Shown: positions 52,901-64,000 of the stretch, piece by piece
Position numbering within the stretch: the stretch's first letter is position 1
Layout: each line of letters opens with the position of its first letter
From: Squalus acanthias
Lineage: Eukaryota
Length of the DNA: 64,000 nt
NCBI GenBank assembly: GCA_030390025.1
Contig: CM059432.1
Span: forward strand, 127,102,001 to 127,166,000
Direction: 5' to 3'
The notes under the pieces: generated by a model
Seen by the model: the letters and a program-made list of their open reading frames with translations, nothing else
The model's database searches: none
What the model was told of the DNA's origin: nothing
Made by a program: the position numbers and the translations under genes

Positions 52901-53853
52901 TTATCAGCTGCCTTGAGCAGGTATTTGCTTTCTGTGGCATGGCATCCTATGTTCATTCAGATCGGGGCCCTTCTTTTATGTCAGGAGAACTCAAGGCCTA
53001 TCTCTCGGAACGGGGTATTGCTGCCAGCAGAACGACGCCTTATCATCCGGTCGGGAATGGGCAAGTCGAGCGTTTTAACGCTATCATCTGGAATGCGGTA
53101 CGTCTGGCTTTGAGATCTCGGGGCCTACCCAACCAGCAATGGGAAGCAGTACTTCCAGACGCATTACACTCCACACGGTCCCTCCTTTCGACCGCCACAA
53201 ATACGACGCCTCATGAACGGTTCTTCCGATTTCAGCGTCGCTCATCCTATGGGATATCTCTCCCGTCGTGGCTGACTGCACCGGGACCAGTGCTACTCCG
53301 AAGATATGTCCGGGCGTCTAAGAATGACCCCCTGGTAGATGAGGTTGAGCTCACTGACGTCAACCCTACCTACGCCTATATTCGGTATCCTGACGGTCGG
53401 GAATCTACCGTGTCATTGCGGGATCTGGCTCCCTGCCCGCCGAAACATAGAGGGACACCAGGGGATGATATTGTACCAGGCACATCTCTGGGCTCGCCAG
53501 GTGCCTCTCATCACGATCTGGATCTGACGCCGGCTGGTACCTCACTCCAGCGTGCCGACCTGGGGCAGACTGACTATGAGCCCGTCGGGGCTCGCACGCG
53601 CAGCCACGATCCACCCCGTACCATACGCTCGGAAACGGATCTGCCACAGCCCTGCCCGACACCCGTTCGGGAACCAGTACACAGTCAGGATCGTCCTGAC
53701 CCCTCACAGAGCAGGCTGGATCACTCGGACTCTGGTCCACGGCCCGCGGCGGGTAAACGGGCTAGGGGCCCTCTACCGCTACGAGAACCCAAACGGGTGC
53801 GGCTCTCCCTCGTCCGGCGGCTACGAAATGGAGGGAGCATCCCGGCCTCCTAA
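49906..53853 (+). CDS. Gag-Pol polyprotein, 1315 aa
   Basis: Two CCHC knuckles (CFFCGDEFHPRKFC, CSHCNKKGHFAKVC), protease LIDSGS, RT DLKSAYHQ / LPFGV / YLDN, RNase H ECDASE, integrase HHCC (IHDGLCH..CSDCRVC) and catalytic core (IDFKG, SDRG, VER); no stops. Confidence 0.95.
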   Translation: MENILKPSRLDLDPNTPAAGKVWKHWYRTFDNFLEYCKADDDTKLRILINCVTPNVFQYVEEWGSYEEAIRTLKRLYTKTPNEVYARHLLATAQQGPEESIDKFLQELRRLSMDCNFQAASAELYREEMIRDAFICGLASPFIRQRLLESKTLELQRAYDMACSLDLAKRNADLYTVPRPRSAALTTVRQFKRPQVNSIREDFIPDDQSDDFTDEEDDDPTVAASWQSKKCFFCGDEFHPRKFCPARNAFCSHCNKKGHFAKVCLSRASTRAYQAKSYRTAPVRAYQDVPAKIYHASSRVFSRRNTPRVSATLCATTPITAACPQNLFHAATKASINGHTLDALIDSGSTDSFIREQIVAELKLHVFPSDQAIAMAQSSLNTRISGFCMVEITLNGHRYPSTRLSVLKDLCSDLILGLDFQKQHKKLTIEFGGSKPELTISNIRPRLPFCALSAASLDEPSLFTSIPPRCKPIITKSRRFSQEDQSFIAAEISRLLAEDIIEPCSSPWRAQVVIVKNPLQPHKKRLCIDYSQTINQYTDLDAYPLPRIDDMVNKLAEYTVFSTYDLKSAYHQVPLKVSDKQYTAFEANGRLYQFRRLPFGVTNGVAVFQRAMVKQEDLKDTFPYLDNITVAGRNQREHDANLQRFWDALQHRNLTLNAAKSIESQPTINILGYCVGNGIIKPDPERLRPLQELPPPKNPASLRRALGLFAYYAKWIPNFSDRIQPLLKASTFPLDTAAVAAFNLLKKQLEKAALHSIDESLPFVVECDASEVAISATLNQEGRPVAFLSRTFQGAELHYPPVEKEATAIIEAVRKWTHLLARQHFTLITDQRSVAFMLDNRKRTKIKNNKIQLWRLELASFGYTIHYRPGKENVAPDTLTRAFCSAMAPSTLVDIHDGLCHPGVTRMLHFVRSRNLPFSTGDVKKMCSDCRVCAELKPRFFRPSGGILIHATQPMQRLSIDFKGPLPSSTRNTYLLTMVDEYSRFPFAFPCPNMLTTTVISCLEQVFAFCGMASYVHSDRGPSFMSGELKAYLSERGIAASRTTPYHPVGNGQVERFNAIIWNAVRLALRSRGLPNQQWEAVLPDALHSTRSLLSTATNTTPHERFFRFQRRSSYGISLPSWLTAPGPVLLRRYVRASKNDPLVDEVELTDVNPTYAYIRYPDGRESTVSLRDLAPCPPKHRGTPGDDIVPGTSLGSPGASHHDLDLTPAGTSLQRADLGQTDYEPVGARTRSHDPPRTIRSETDLPQPCPTPVREPVHSQDRPDPSQSRLDHSDSGPRPAAGKRARGPLPLREPKRVRLSLVRRLRNGGSIPAS

Positions 53854-53871
53854 TCTTTTGGGGGGGGAGAA

Positions 53872-54065
53872 TGTGGTAACACAATACAGCTTCCTGTGAC
53901 TCGAACTTTATTGCATCACTTCCTGTGATTAGTCCAGGATAAATACTGGACTGAGCAGTTGGATCCTGGAGAGGCATAGAGTAAGACCTCTTTTGTATGT
54001 AGCACCTTTTTAGTTGATTAAAGCTTACTTTAAGTTCACCACGCGTAAGGCTCATTCTTACGACA
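53872..54065 (+). repeat. 3' LTR
   Basis: Preceded by the PPT, followed by TSD ACAGG. Confidence 0.97.
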
Positions 54066-55081
54066 ACAGGTAAAGCTTGGATCCCAAGGAGAAGATAACT
54101 TTAAAATCAACACACTATTGTCATGAGAAAGCATGGAGCCAACTGATATCAATGGAAGCTTCCTCCAAGAAGGTGATGGAAATAGGCTTAGCGCCAATGT
54201 ACACTCAACCCAATCTCCACATAACTCCATCACTAGTATTGTTGAACAGTTTGAGCAAATGACAGTCATACTGATTCCTATTACTATTTTTTCCAACTTG
54301 CTCCCCTCCTGTCTTGATGCCTGTGGTATTTTGCTCAGGGTCCTTCCTTTACATGTGAGTCTGCTCAATTAGTGTTGGCTGACTATTCAACCAAAAGAGG
54401 GTATTATAAACACTCCTGGTCCTGCTCTCATTTAACATCTGCCAGAGTTCATGTTGGTTAAGTGAATTTAAAAGAAACAAATTTCTTCAGTAATTTGAAG
54501 TATTTATTTACACTTTATTCAGATAAATGAAACTAGTAACCTGAAATGACATAGCAAATGCAGTGTCTACAAGAACCAGAGATATACACCTTGTACTGTT
54601 TAAATAGATTGAAAATAAGAAAAGCCATATTGCACTAAGATTCAAATTTCAGTAAAGATATGCCAAAAAGTAAATCCTAATGTATTTTTATCATAAATAT
54701 AGACCATAGATCAGATGTCACCAATAATATGAAGGAGCTGTTTTAAGACAGTTTACAACCAAACCTACCACTAATAATGAAATGGAAAGATAACAAGGTT
54801 TCCAGCAACTTAACTCACATCGTTACTGAACATATACAAGAAATTATTAATGATGGGATTCATTTAGTTTCAGTTCGTCAACGAGATACCATCAGCTATC
54901 TACTGTTTGTATCAAATAAATCAATTATGTGCAATAAAAATCTATTATTTTTAAATTGTAACATTTGTGTTTTACATTTCTTCTATAGTTATTCCATGTC
55001 CATTTGTTCTGTAAGTTATTTGGTGTTAATTTATACCGTAAAGTTTGCAGAAACAAAAAGTTGAACAAAGTTAGCAAACAG

Positions 55082-55096
55082 GCTCCACCTAGTGGC
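55082..55096 (-). promoter_or_regulatory. CTCF-like binding motif
   Basis: GCCACTAGGTGGAGC closely matches the CTCF core; lies in unique AT-rich sequence. Confidence 0.45.
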
Positions 55097-56025
55097 TCTT
55101 GTGTACGGGGTGAATTTTACTTTACAGCAATATGGCACTACATTTAGTCACATCATCTAAATGTTCCATTTGACACTTGGCACACACTTAAATACTATCA
55201 TGCTATGGTTCTTACCCATGGCCTTCTCTCTGCCTTATTTCTATTGTGAAGAAATATGAGATGGGTGTTTGAATTCTCAAATCCTTAGTAGAAATAAATT
55301 GGCTACTTTTTCCACGAGTAATATTCAAACAGGCAGAACAGAACTTAAACTGATGTATGCACATGATAAATTAATAATGTTTATAGAAAATCCAGTTAAC
55401 TCAGTCTCCAATGTGGCAATAGAAAGCAGAAGCATGCATCATAATTAGGCTACAAAATGGATAGCGGTGAATTGGAATATTCATTTATAAATAATGCACG
55501 GGGCAGTTTATTAATCTCCTGTTCCAATGCATTTATTGGTTAAACTTAACAAAACACAAATAGATAATGAAAATGAACATGGACTTTCTGGTGTAAATGT
55601 TATAAGATATATTGAATAGGGATAGCAGAATCCATCGGCTTGAATAAACAATATTAGAAGTTAGTTTTATTTTAGCAGAGATCCCTCTAATTACATAATA
55701 AAGTTTATTTTGCGAGCAACATAAGAAGTACTCTGAAACAAATTGAAAAACCTACAATAATAAAGTGGGACACCAAACTCTAGATATTATTTAGTTTTCC
55801 AAGACAAAATAGGGAATGCAACAGCTTTATCCAGTCCAGTCTGTCCCTAATTAATTAGAAGTGGAACAGTTCCTTATCACAGGGAATCTTAACAAATAAG
55901 ATAGATCACATAATTTGTCAAACTCTAGAACGTAGTTGGTTTTATGGAAGTTCATGGTCAACAAACAACGCAATGGTATGTAAATATCTGCCTCTTTGAA
56001 ATTGGGGCAACCCAGTCTATTGTTA

Positions 56026-56582
56026 AACAACAACTTGCATTTATATAGCGCCTTTAACATAGTAAAACATCCCAAGGCGCTTCACAGGAGCGTTATCGAA
56101 CAAAGTTTGACACCGAGCCACGTAAGGACAGGTCTTGGTCAAAGAGGTAGGTTTTAAGGAGCGTCTTGAAGGAGGAATGTGAGGTAGAGAGGTTTAGGGA
56201 GGGAATTCCAGAGCTTAGGGCCTAGGCAGCTGAAGGCATAGCTGCCAATGGTGGAGCAATTAAAATCGGGGATATGCAAGAGGTCGGAATTGGAGGAGCG
56301 CAGAGATCTCAGAGAGTTGTAGGGCTGAAGGAGGTTACAGACACAGGGAGGGGCGAGGCCATGGAGGGATTTGAAAACAAGGATGAGAATTTTTTAATTG
56401 AGGTGTTGCTGGACCGGGAGCCAATGTAGGTCAGTGAGCACAGTGGTGATGGATAAACGGGACTTGGTGCAAGTTAGGATACGGGCAACAGAGTTTTGGA
56501 TGAGCTCAAGTTTACGGCGGGTGGAATATGGGAGGCTGGCAAGGAGAGCAGTCATGTCCAGAGGTAACAAAGGCATGGATGA
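56026..56582 (-). mobile_element. L2 3' end (continues at ~60598-60690 beyond the CR1 insertion)
   Basis: Reverse complement of the L2 tail ggcgctatataaatgcaagttgttgtt; KLELIQNSVARIL..DLHWLPV. Confidence 0.85.
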
Positions 56583-59500
56583 GGGAGGTGGGCAATTAAA
56601 ACAGGAATTTAGGGAGCTAGGTTGGAAGCTGAGAGCCAGTACAAACCATGTTGTAATTTCTGGTTTGTTGCCGGTGCCACGTGCTAGCGAGTTGAGGAAC
56701 AGGGAGAGAGTGCAGATAAACACGTGGCTGCAGGGATGGTGTAGCGGGGAGGGTTTCAGTTATGTGGATAATTGGAGCACATTCTGGGGAAGGTGGGACC
56801 TGTACAAACAGGACGGTTTGCACCTGAACCAGAGGGGCACCAATATCCTGGGAGGGAAATTTGCTACGGCTCTTCGGGGGGGTTTAAACTAATTTGTCAG
56901 GGGGATGGGAAAAAGGGCTGTAGTCCAGGAGCCAGTGGTGAGTGTAGGGAGGTACTGAGGAGGGTATCAAGGTCGCAGGAATGTACCGGCAGACAGGAAG
57001 ATGGCTTGAAGTGTGTCTACTTCAATGCAAGGAGCATCCGGAATAAGGTAGGAGAACTTGGAGCGTGGATTGGTACTTGGGACTACGATGTGGTGGCCAT
57101 TACGGAGACATGGTTAGAACAGGGACAGGAATGGTTGTTGGAAGTTCCGGGGTATAGATGTTTCAGTAAGAGTAGGGAAGTTGGTAAGAAAGGTGGAGGA
57201 GTAGCATTGTTAATCAAGGATAGTTTAACAGCGGCAGAAAGGCAGTTTGAGGGGGATCTGCCGTCTGAGGTAATATGGGCTGAAGTTAGAAATAGGAAAG
57301 GAGCGGTCACGTTGTTAGGAGTTTTCTACAGGCCCCCAAATAGTAATAGAGATGTGGAGGAAGAAATTGCAAAGCAGATTATGAATAGGTGTGGAGGTCA
57401 CAGAGTAGTTGTCATGGGTGACTTCAACTTTCCAAATATTGATTGGAACCTTTATAGGTCAAACAGTTCGGATGGGATAGTTTTTGCACAGTGTGTGCAG
57501 GAGGGTTTCCTGACACAATATGTGGATAGGCCGACAAGAGGTGGGGCCACGTTGGATTTGGTACTGGGTAATGAACCGGGCCAAGTGTTTGATTTGTATG
57601 TGGGAGAGCACTTTGGAGATAGTGACCACAATTCAGTAACTTTCACTATTGCAATGGAGAGGGATAGGGCCATACGGCAGGGCAGGGTTTATAATTGGGG
57701 GAGGGGTAATTATGATGCGATTAGGCAAGAATTAGGGAGTATAAGATGGGAACAGAAACTATCAGGGAAAGGCACAAACGAAAAGTGGAGCTTTTTCATG
57801 GAGCAATTACTGCGTGTCCTTGATAGGTATGTCCCTGTCAGGCAGGGAGGAAATGGTCGAGTGAGAGAACCATGGTTCACAAAAGAGGTTGAATGTCTAG
57901 TCAAGAGGAAAAAGGAAGCGTATGTAAGGATGAGAAAACAAGGTTCAGTTGGGTCGATTGAAGGGTACAAGGTAGCAAGGAATGAGCTAAAAAAAGAGCT
58001 TAGGAGAGCTAGGAGGGGGCATGAGAAGTCCTTGGCGGGTCGGATCAAGAAAAACCCCAAGGCCTTTTACTCTTATGTGAGAAATAAAAGAATGACCAGG
58101 GTGAGGGTAGGGCCGGTCAAGGACAGTAGTGGGAACTTGTGCATGGAGTCAGAAGAGATAGGAGAGGTGATGAATGAATACTTTTCGTCAGTGTTCACCG
58201 AGGAGAGGGGCCATGTTCTTGAGGATGAGAGTGTGATAAAGGTGGATAGGCTGGAGGTGGTAGATGTTCTGAGGGAAGATGTTTTAGCAATTTTGAAGAA
58301 CCTGAGGGTCGATAAGTCCCCTGGGCCAGATGGGATATATCCTAGGATTCTTTGGGAGGCAAGGGAGGAGATTGCAGAGCCTCTGGCTTTGATCTTTGGG
58401 TCCTCACTGTCCACGGGAATGGTGCCAGAGGACTGGAGAGTGGCGAATGTTGTTCCTCTCTTCAAGAAAGGAAATAGGAATGACCCTGGTAATTATAGGC
58501 CGGTTAGTCTTACTTCGGTGGTTGGTAAGATAATGGAAAAGGTCCTGAGGGATAGGATTTATGACCATTTGGAAAGGGGCAACTTAATCAGGGATAGTCA
58601 ACACGGATTCGTGAAGGGTAAGTCTTGCCTAACAAATTTGATTGAATTCTTTGAGGAGGTAACTAAGTGTGTAGATGAAGGTAGAGCAGTTGATGTCGTA
58701 TACATGGATTTTAGTAAGGCGTTTGATAAGGTTCCCCATGGTCGGCTCATGAAGAAAGTAAGGAGTTGTGGGATAGAGGGAAATTTGGCCGATTGGATAA
58801 GTAACTGGCTATCTCATAGAAGGCAGAGGGTGGTGGTGGATGGAACATTTTCGGACTGGAGACCAGTTACCAGCGGTGTGCCACAGGGGTCGGTGCTGGG
58901 TCCTCTGCTGTTTGTGATTTTTATCAATGACTTGGAGGAGGGGACTGAAGGGTGGATCAGTAAATTTGCTGATGACACCAAGATTGGTGGAGCAGTGGAT
59001 GAGGTGGAGGGCAGTTGTAGGCTGCAAAGAGACATTGATAGGATGCAGAGCTGGGCCGAAAAATGGCAGATGGAATTTAACCCTGATAAGTGCGAGGTGA
59101 TTCATTTTGGTAGGGCAAATTTGAATAAGGATTACAGGGTCAACGGCAGGGTTCTGAGGAACGTGGAGGAGCAGAGGGATCTGGGGGTTCATATCCACAG
59201 ATCTCTGAAGGTTGCCACTCAAGTGGATAGAGCAGTAAAGAAGGCCTATGGTGTGTTGGCGTTACACGTGAGGACACGTGAGGACACTACCCACCAGGTA
59301 CACGGTACATACTCATGTGACTCGGCAACGTTGTCTACCTGATACGTTGCAGTAAAGGATGCTCCAGAGCATGGTACATCGGCGAGACCATGCAGACACT
59401 GAGACAACGTATGAACGGACACCGCGCAACAATCGCCAGGCAGGAGGGTTGCCTCCCAGTCGGGGAACACTTCAGCAGCCAGGGGCATTCAGCCTCGGAT

Positions 59501-60597
59501 CTGCGGGTAAGCGTTCTCCAAGGCGGCCTTCGAGATACACGACAGCGCAAAATCATAGAGCAGAAACTGATAGCCAAGTTCCGCACTCATGAGGATGGCC
59601 TCAATCGCGATATCGGGTTCATGTCACGATACAGAACGTGACTTGACATCATGGCCGGTCTTCCCAGGTGTTTTTTTTTAAAAAGGCTAACACAAGAACA
59701 CAAATTGACAGGATATGCAGCCAGCAGGTGGTTTGACACGTTGGACCCCCTGGGACACATCTCATTGTCTTGGCTGTGCTCTTTGTTGCAGGGAATAATG
59801 TGAATAGATTTTGTCTGGGTTTAAATTGTGAATTCTGGGAGATTCTCTCATTGCTAACTTACCTGACGAAGGAGCGAACTGCTTCGAAAGCTTGTAAAAT
59901 TAAATAAATCTGTTGGACTATAACCTGGTGTTGTGCGACTTCTCATTTTTGTCCACCCCAGTCCAACGCCGGCATCTCCACATCATGGCGTTTATTAACA
60001 GAGGGTTTGAGTTTAAGAACCGTGAGGTTATGCTGCAACTGTACAGGACCTTGGTGAGACCACATTTGGAATATTGTGTGCAGTTCTGGTCACCTCACTA
60101 TAGGAAGGACGTGGAAGCATTGGAAAGAGTGCAAAGGAGATTTACCAGGATGCTGCCTGGTTTGGGGGGGAGGTCTTATGAGGAAAGATTGAGGGAGTTG
60201 GGGCTTTTCTCTTTAGAGCGGAGGAGGATGAGAGGCGACTTAATAGAGGTTTATAAGATGATGAGGGGATAGATAGAGTGGATGTTCAGAGACTATTTCC
60301 TCGGGTAGAGGCAGCTGTTACAAGGGGGCATAACTATAAGGTGCATGGGGGGAGATATAGAAGGGATGTCCGAGGTAGATTCTTTACTCAGAGAGTGGTT
60401 GGGGTGTGGAATGGACTGCCTGCTGTGATAGTGGAGTCGGACACTTTAGGAACTTTCAAGCGGTTATTGGATAAGCACATGGAGCACACCAGAGTGATAG
60501 GGAGTGTGATAGCTTGATCTTGGTCTCGGACAATGCTCGGCACAACATCGAGGGCCGAAGGGCCTGTACTGTGCTGTACTGTTCTATGTTTCTATGT
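56583..60597 (+). mobile_element. Young CR1 LINE (ORF1 end and nearly intact ORF2) interrupted by a Penelope insertion
   Basis: Open ORF to 59263 with APE and RT; resumes AFINRGFEFKNRE at ~59986; tail ttctatgtttctatg. Confidence 0.93.
59264..59985 (+). mobile_element. Penelope 3' fragment (family 2): GIY-YIG end and pLTR
   Basis: 7-bp TSD TGGCGTT (59257-59263, 59986-59992); VVYLIRCSKGC..WYIGETMQTLRQRMNGH; hammerhead motif 59859-59897. Confidence 0.9.
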
Positions 60598-60824
60598 TAC
60601 AGAGGTGGAAGTAGGCGGTCTTGGTGATGGAGCGGATATGGGGTTGGAAGCTCATCTCAGGGTCAAATAGGACGCCAAGGGTGCAAACGGTGGAATAATA
60701 TGAAAGTGATACTTATGGAAGGGTTTCAAAAAATGATTAACATCAGCTAAAAGATGGATTTCGGAAGCTGGGAAAAAGTAAGAATGGGAATGGGTGCAGG
60801 GGAAAGGAAGGACCAACTGCAAAT

Positions 60825-60925
60825 GAGTTCTGACAAAAGGTCATCGACCTGAAACATTAACTCTGTTTCTCTCTCCACAGATGCTGCATGACCTGCTGAG
60901 CATTTCCAGCATTTTCTGTTTTTAT
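60825..60925 (+). mobile_element. Solo Penelope pLTR fragment (family 1), core mutated
   Basis: 7-bp TSD TGCAAAT (60818-60824, 60926-60932); ctgacaaaaggtcatcgacctgaaacatt. Confidence 0.85.
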
Positions 60926-61009
60926 TGCAAATACAGTGTCGGCTCTGTAAGCATTTTAGAAAACTAAAAGCCTGTTTCCTAGCACTGAGATAGAATTTAA
61001 AGCATAGAA

Positions 61010-62951
61010 GGGTTAATTAATAACCTTGTAGTAAAGGGGCCTTTAGGGAAGAGTGACCATAATATGATAGAATTTTATATTGAGTTTCAAAGTGATTTAG
61101 TTAAATCCGAAACTAGGGTCTTAAATCTAAACAAAGCAAACTACGTAGGGCAAGTTGGCTAAGGTAGATTGGGAAACTGCATTAAAAGGTATGACGGTAG
61201 ACAAGCAATGGCTAGCATTTAAAGAATTAATACATAATTTACAACAAATATAATTTCCTTCAAGACACGAAAACCTGGAAATAGTGGAGAACCAAGGGTT
61301 TAGCGAGAATGAGGAACTGAAAGAAATTAGTATTCGTGAAAAAAAAAGTACTGGAGAAAGCCGATAAATCCCCTGGACCTGATGGCCTACATCCTAGGGT
61401 TTTGAAAGTGTCTATAGAGATAGTGGATGCATTGGTTGTCATTTTCCAAAATTCCATAGATTCTAGAACAGTTCCCGCGGATTGGAAGGTAGCAAATGTA
61501 ACCCCACTATTTAAGAAAGGAGGGAAAGAGAAAACGGGTAACTACAGACCAGTTAGCCTGACATCAGTAGTGGGGGAAATGCTAGAATTTATTATTAAGG
61601 ATGTGGTAACAGGGCACTTAGAAAATAATAATAGGATTGGGCAGAGTCAACACGGATTTATGAAAGGGAAATTGTGTTTGACGAATCTGATAGTTTTTTG
61701 AGGTTGTAACTAGCAGAATAGATAAGGGGGAACCAGTGAATGTGGCGTATTTGGATTTTCAGAAGGCATTCGATAAGGTGCCACACAAGAGGTTATTAAA
61801 CAAAATTAGGGCTCATGCGATGGGGTAATATACTAGCATGGATTGAGGATTGCATAACGGACAGAAAACAAAGAGTAGGAATGAACGGGTCATTTTCGGG
61901 TTGGCAGGCTGTAACTAGTGGGGCAGGCTGTAACAAGGATCAGTGCTTGGGCCTCAGCTATTCACAATCTACATCAATGATTTAGATGAGGGGACCAAAT
62001 ATAATATATATAAGTTTGCTGATGATACAAAGCTGGGTGGGAATGTAAGTTGTGAGGAGGATGCAAAGAGGCTTCAGGGGGATATAGACAGGCTAATTTA
62101 GTGGGCAAGAACATGGCAAATGGAATATAATGTGGAGAAATTTGAAGTTATCCACTTTGGTAGGAAAAATAGAAAAGCAGAGTATTTTTTAAATGGTGAG
62201 AGATTGGGAAATGTTGGTGTTCAGAGGGGCCTGGGTGTCCTTGTATACGAATCACTGAAAGTTAACATGCAGGTGCAGCAAGCTATTAGGAAAGCAAATG
62301 GTATGTTGGCCTTTATTACAAGAGGATTTGGGTATAAGAGTAAAGACGTCTTACTGCAATTATATAGGGCTCTGGTGAGACCACACCTGGAGTATTGTGT
62401 ACAGATTTGGTCTCCTTACCTAAGGAAGGATATACTTGCCATAGAGGGAGTGCAACAAAGGTTCACCAGACTGATTCCTGGGATAGGGGGATTGTCCTAT
62501 GAGGAGAGATTGAGTAGACTAGGCCTATATTCTCTAGAGTTTAGAAGAATGAGAGGTGATCGCATTGAAACATACAAAATTCTTACAGGGCTTGACAGGG
62601 TAGATGTAGGGAGGATGTTTCCCTGGCTGGGGAGTCTAGAACCAGGGGTCACAGTCTCAGAATAAGGGGACGGCCATTTAGGACTGAGATGAGGAGAAAT
62701 TTCTTCACTCAGAGGGTGATGAATCTTTGGAATTCTCTACCCCAGAGGGCTGTGGAGGCTCAGTCGTTGAGTATATTCAAGACAGAGACCGATAGATTTT
62801 TAGATATTAAGGTAATCAAGGGACATAAGGATATTGTAGCAAAGTGGAGTTGAGGTAGAAGATCAGCCATGATCTTATTGATTGGCGGAGCAGGCTTGAG
62901 GGGCCAAATGGCCTACTCTTGCTCCTATTTCTTATGTTTCTTATGTTTATG
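61010..62951 (+). mobile_element. Degenerate CR1 LINE with internal deletion
   Basis: ORFs 61336-61701 and 62120-62665 are CR1 RT; typical tail. Confidence 0.9.
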
Positions 62952-62952
62952 A

Positions 62953-63246
62953 AACAGGCTATTCGGCCCAACTGGTCTGTGTTTACGGTCCACACAAACT
63001 TCCTCCCACTTTACTTCATCTAACCCCAGCTGTATTTCCTTCTATTCCTTTCTCCCTCATGTACTGATCTAGCTTCCCCTTAAAGGCATTGATGCTTTTC
63101 GCTTCAACTACTCTATGTAGTAGCGAGTTCCACATTGTAATCATTCTCTGGGTAAAGAAGTTTCTCCTGAATTCTTTATTGTATTTATTAGTGATTATCT
63201 TATATTTATGGCCCCTAGTTTTGGACTCTCCCACAAGTGGAAACAT
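62953..63246 (-). mobile_element. CR1 3' fragment, tail-to-tail with the previous copy
   Basis: ORF 63016-63246 MFPLVGESKTRGH..RRNFFTQR. Confidence 0.85.
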
Positions 63247-64000
63247 TGCTTTATAAAAGAAAGACTTGCATTGATATAGTGCATTTCACAACCTGAGGAT
63301 GTCCCAATGCACTTTACAACACTTCTATTGTATTTGCAGTTTTTCGCAGCTCAGTGATAGGAAATAGGCTGGAAGTTTGAGAACGTGGGGGAGGAAGGAG
63401 TGATTCAGGGTGGAGAGGGGTGTGAAGTTAATGAATGTAAATGGGAGCGGGTTGGGAGGGTTTAGGGGTGATTGTGGAGTGAATGGTGAGTAGTGGTTCA
63501 GGGGAGGGGATGAGATGAAGTGTCCTTGGGGTATGAGCTGGCCTCCGCCATAGGCTCCTACAGAAACTTCTCTTTCGAGGTATATATTTCTTAAACTCCT
63601 GTTCCTGGTATTTATTTTTAGTTCCACTCACAGTACAGTATTGGCATTTTTGGGCCATTCCTGGTGTTTGCCTTTTTGTTGTCCTGCACTCAGAGTGTTT
63701 GGTGTTTTTGTTTAGTCCTGGTCCCTCATTTTTTTAGTACACTTCATTTGTGATTTAATTCCGCACTTGGTTTTGTCTGTTTTAGATCCACTATCAGTAT
63801 ATGTTTATTTAGTTCTGCTCCTGGTATAAACAGTGTAAAATGTAAGGTAGGACAAGACAGACTGGTAGTTTGATAGCCAACCATTTGGAGCTGCGTGACC
63901 TCTCTCCCTTTAAACCTCTCTCCACCATGGCTGCCACTCAAATCCTAACTAATTCACCCAGTGCCGGAACCAAGTTAGGTGGAAGTTTATCAGATTGCGA

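Larger units (their letters stand above)
49634..54065 (+). mobile_element. Intact Gypsy/Ty3 LTR retrotransposon
   Basis: Identical 194-bp LTRs (TG..CA), 5-bp TSD ACAGG (49629-49633, 54066-54070), polypurine tract ~53860-53871, domain order gag-PR-RT-RH-IN. Confidence 0.97.

Noticed and set aside
53400..53853. env gene or chromodomain after integrase
   Set aside because: Pro/Arg-rich low-complexity tail with no signal peptide, transmembrane segment or aromatic-cage pattern visible
59264..59342. C-terminus of the 856-aa ORF as a CR1-Penelope fusion protein
   Set aside because: Short read-through into a TSD-flanked insertion that stops within 26 codons

Overview
Vertebrate genomic DNA; the repeat families (HER1/CR1-type LINEs, a Deu-domain tRNA SINE, Neptune-type Penelope elements) point to a shark or other cartilaginous fish (inference). 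The window is mostly transposable elements: many CR1 and L2 LINE copies (several nested), Penelope-like elements whose pseudo-LTRs carry minimal hammerhead-ribozyme motifs, PIF/Harbinger-like and pogo-like MITEs, Tx1 fragments, a 1.68-kb solo LTR and a 46-bp minisatellite at a CR1 5' end. A CpG-island promoter (~5.9-8.2 kb) is the only clear host-gene signal; I could not identify any host protein-coding exon. The standout is an intact, very young Gypsy element (49634-54065; identical 194-bp LTRs, 5-bp TSD, one 1315-aa gag-pol ORF). It has no tRNA primer-binding site; instead an 11-nt sequence next to the 5' LTR is perfectly complementary to its own LTR (Tf1-like self-priming signature), and its RT motif is YLDN rather than YxDD.
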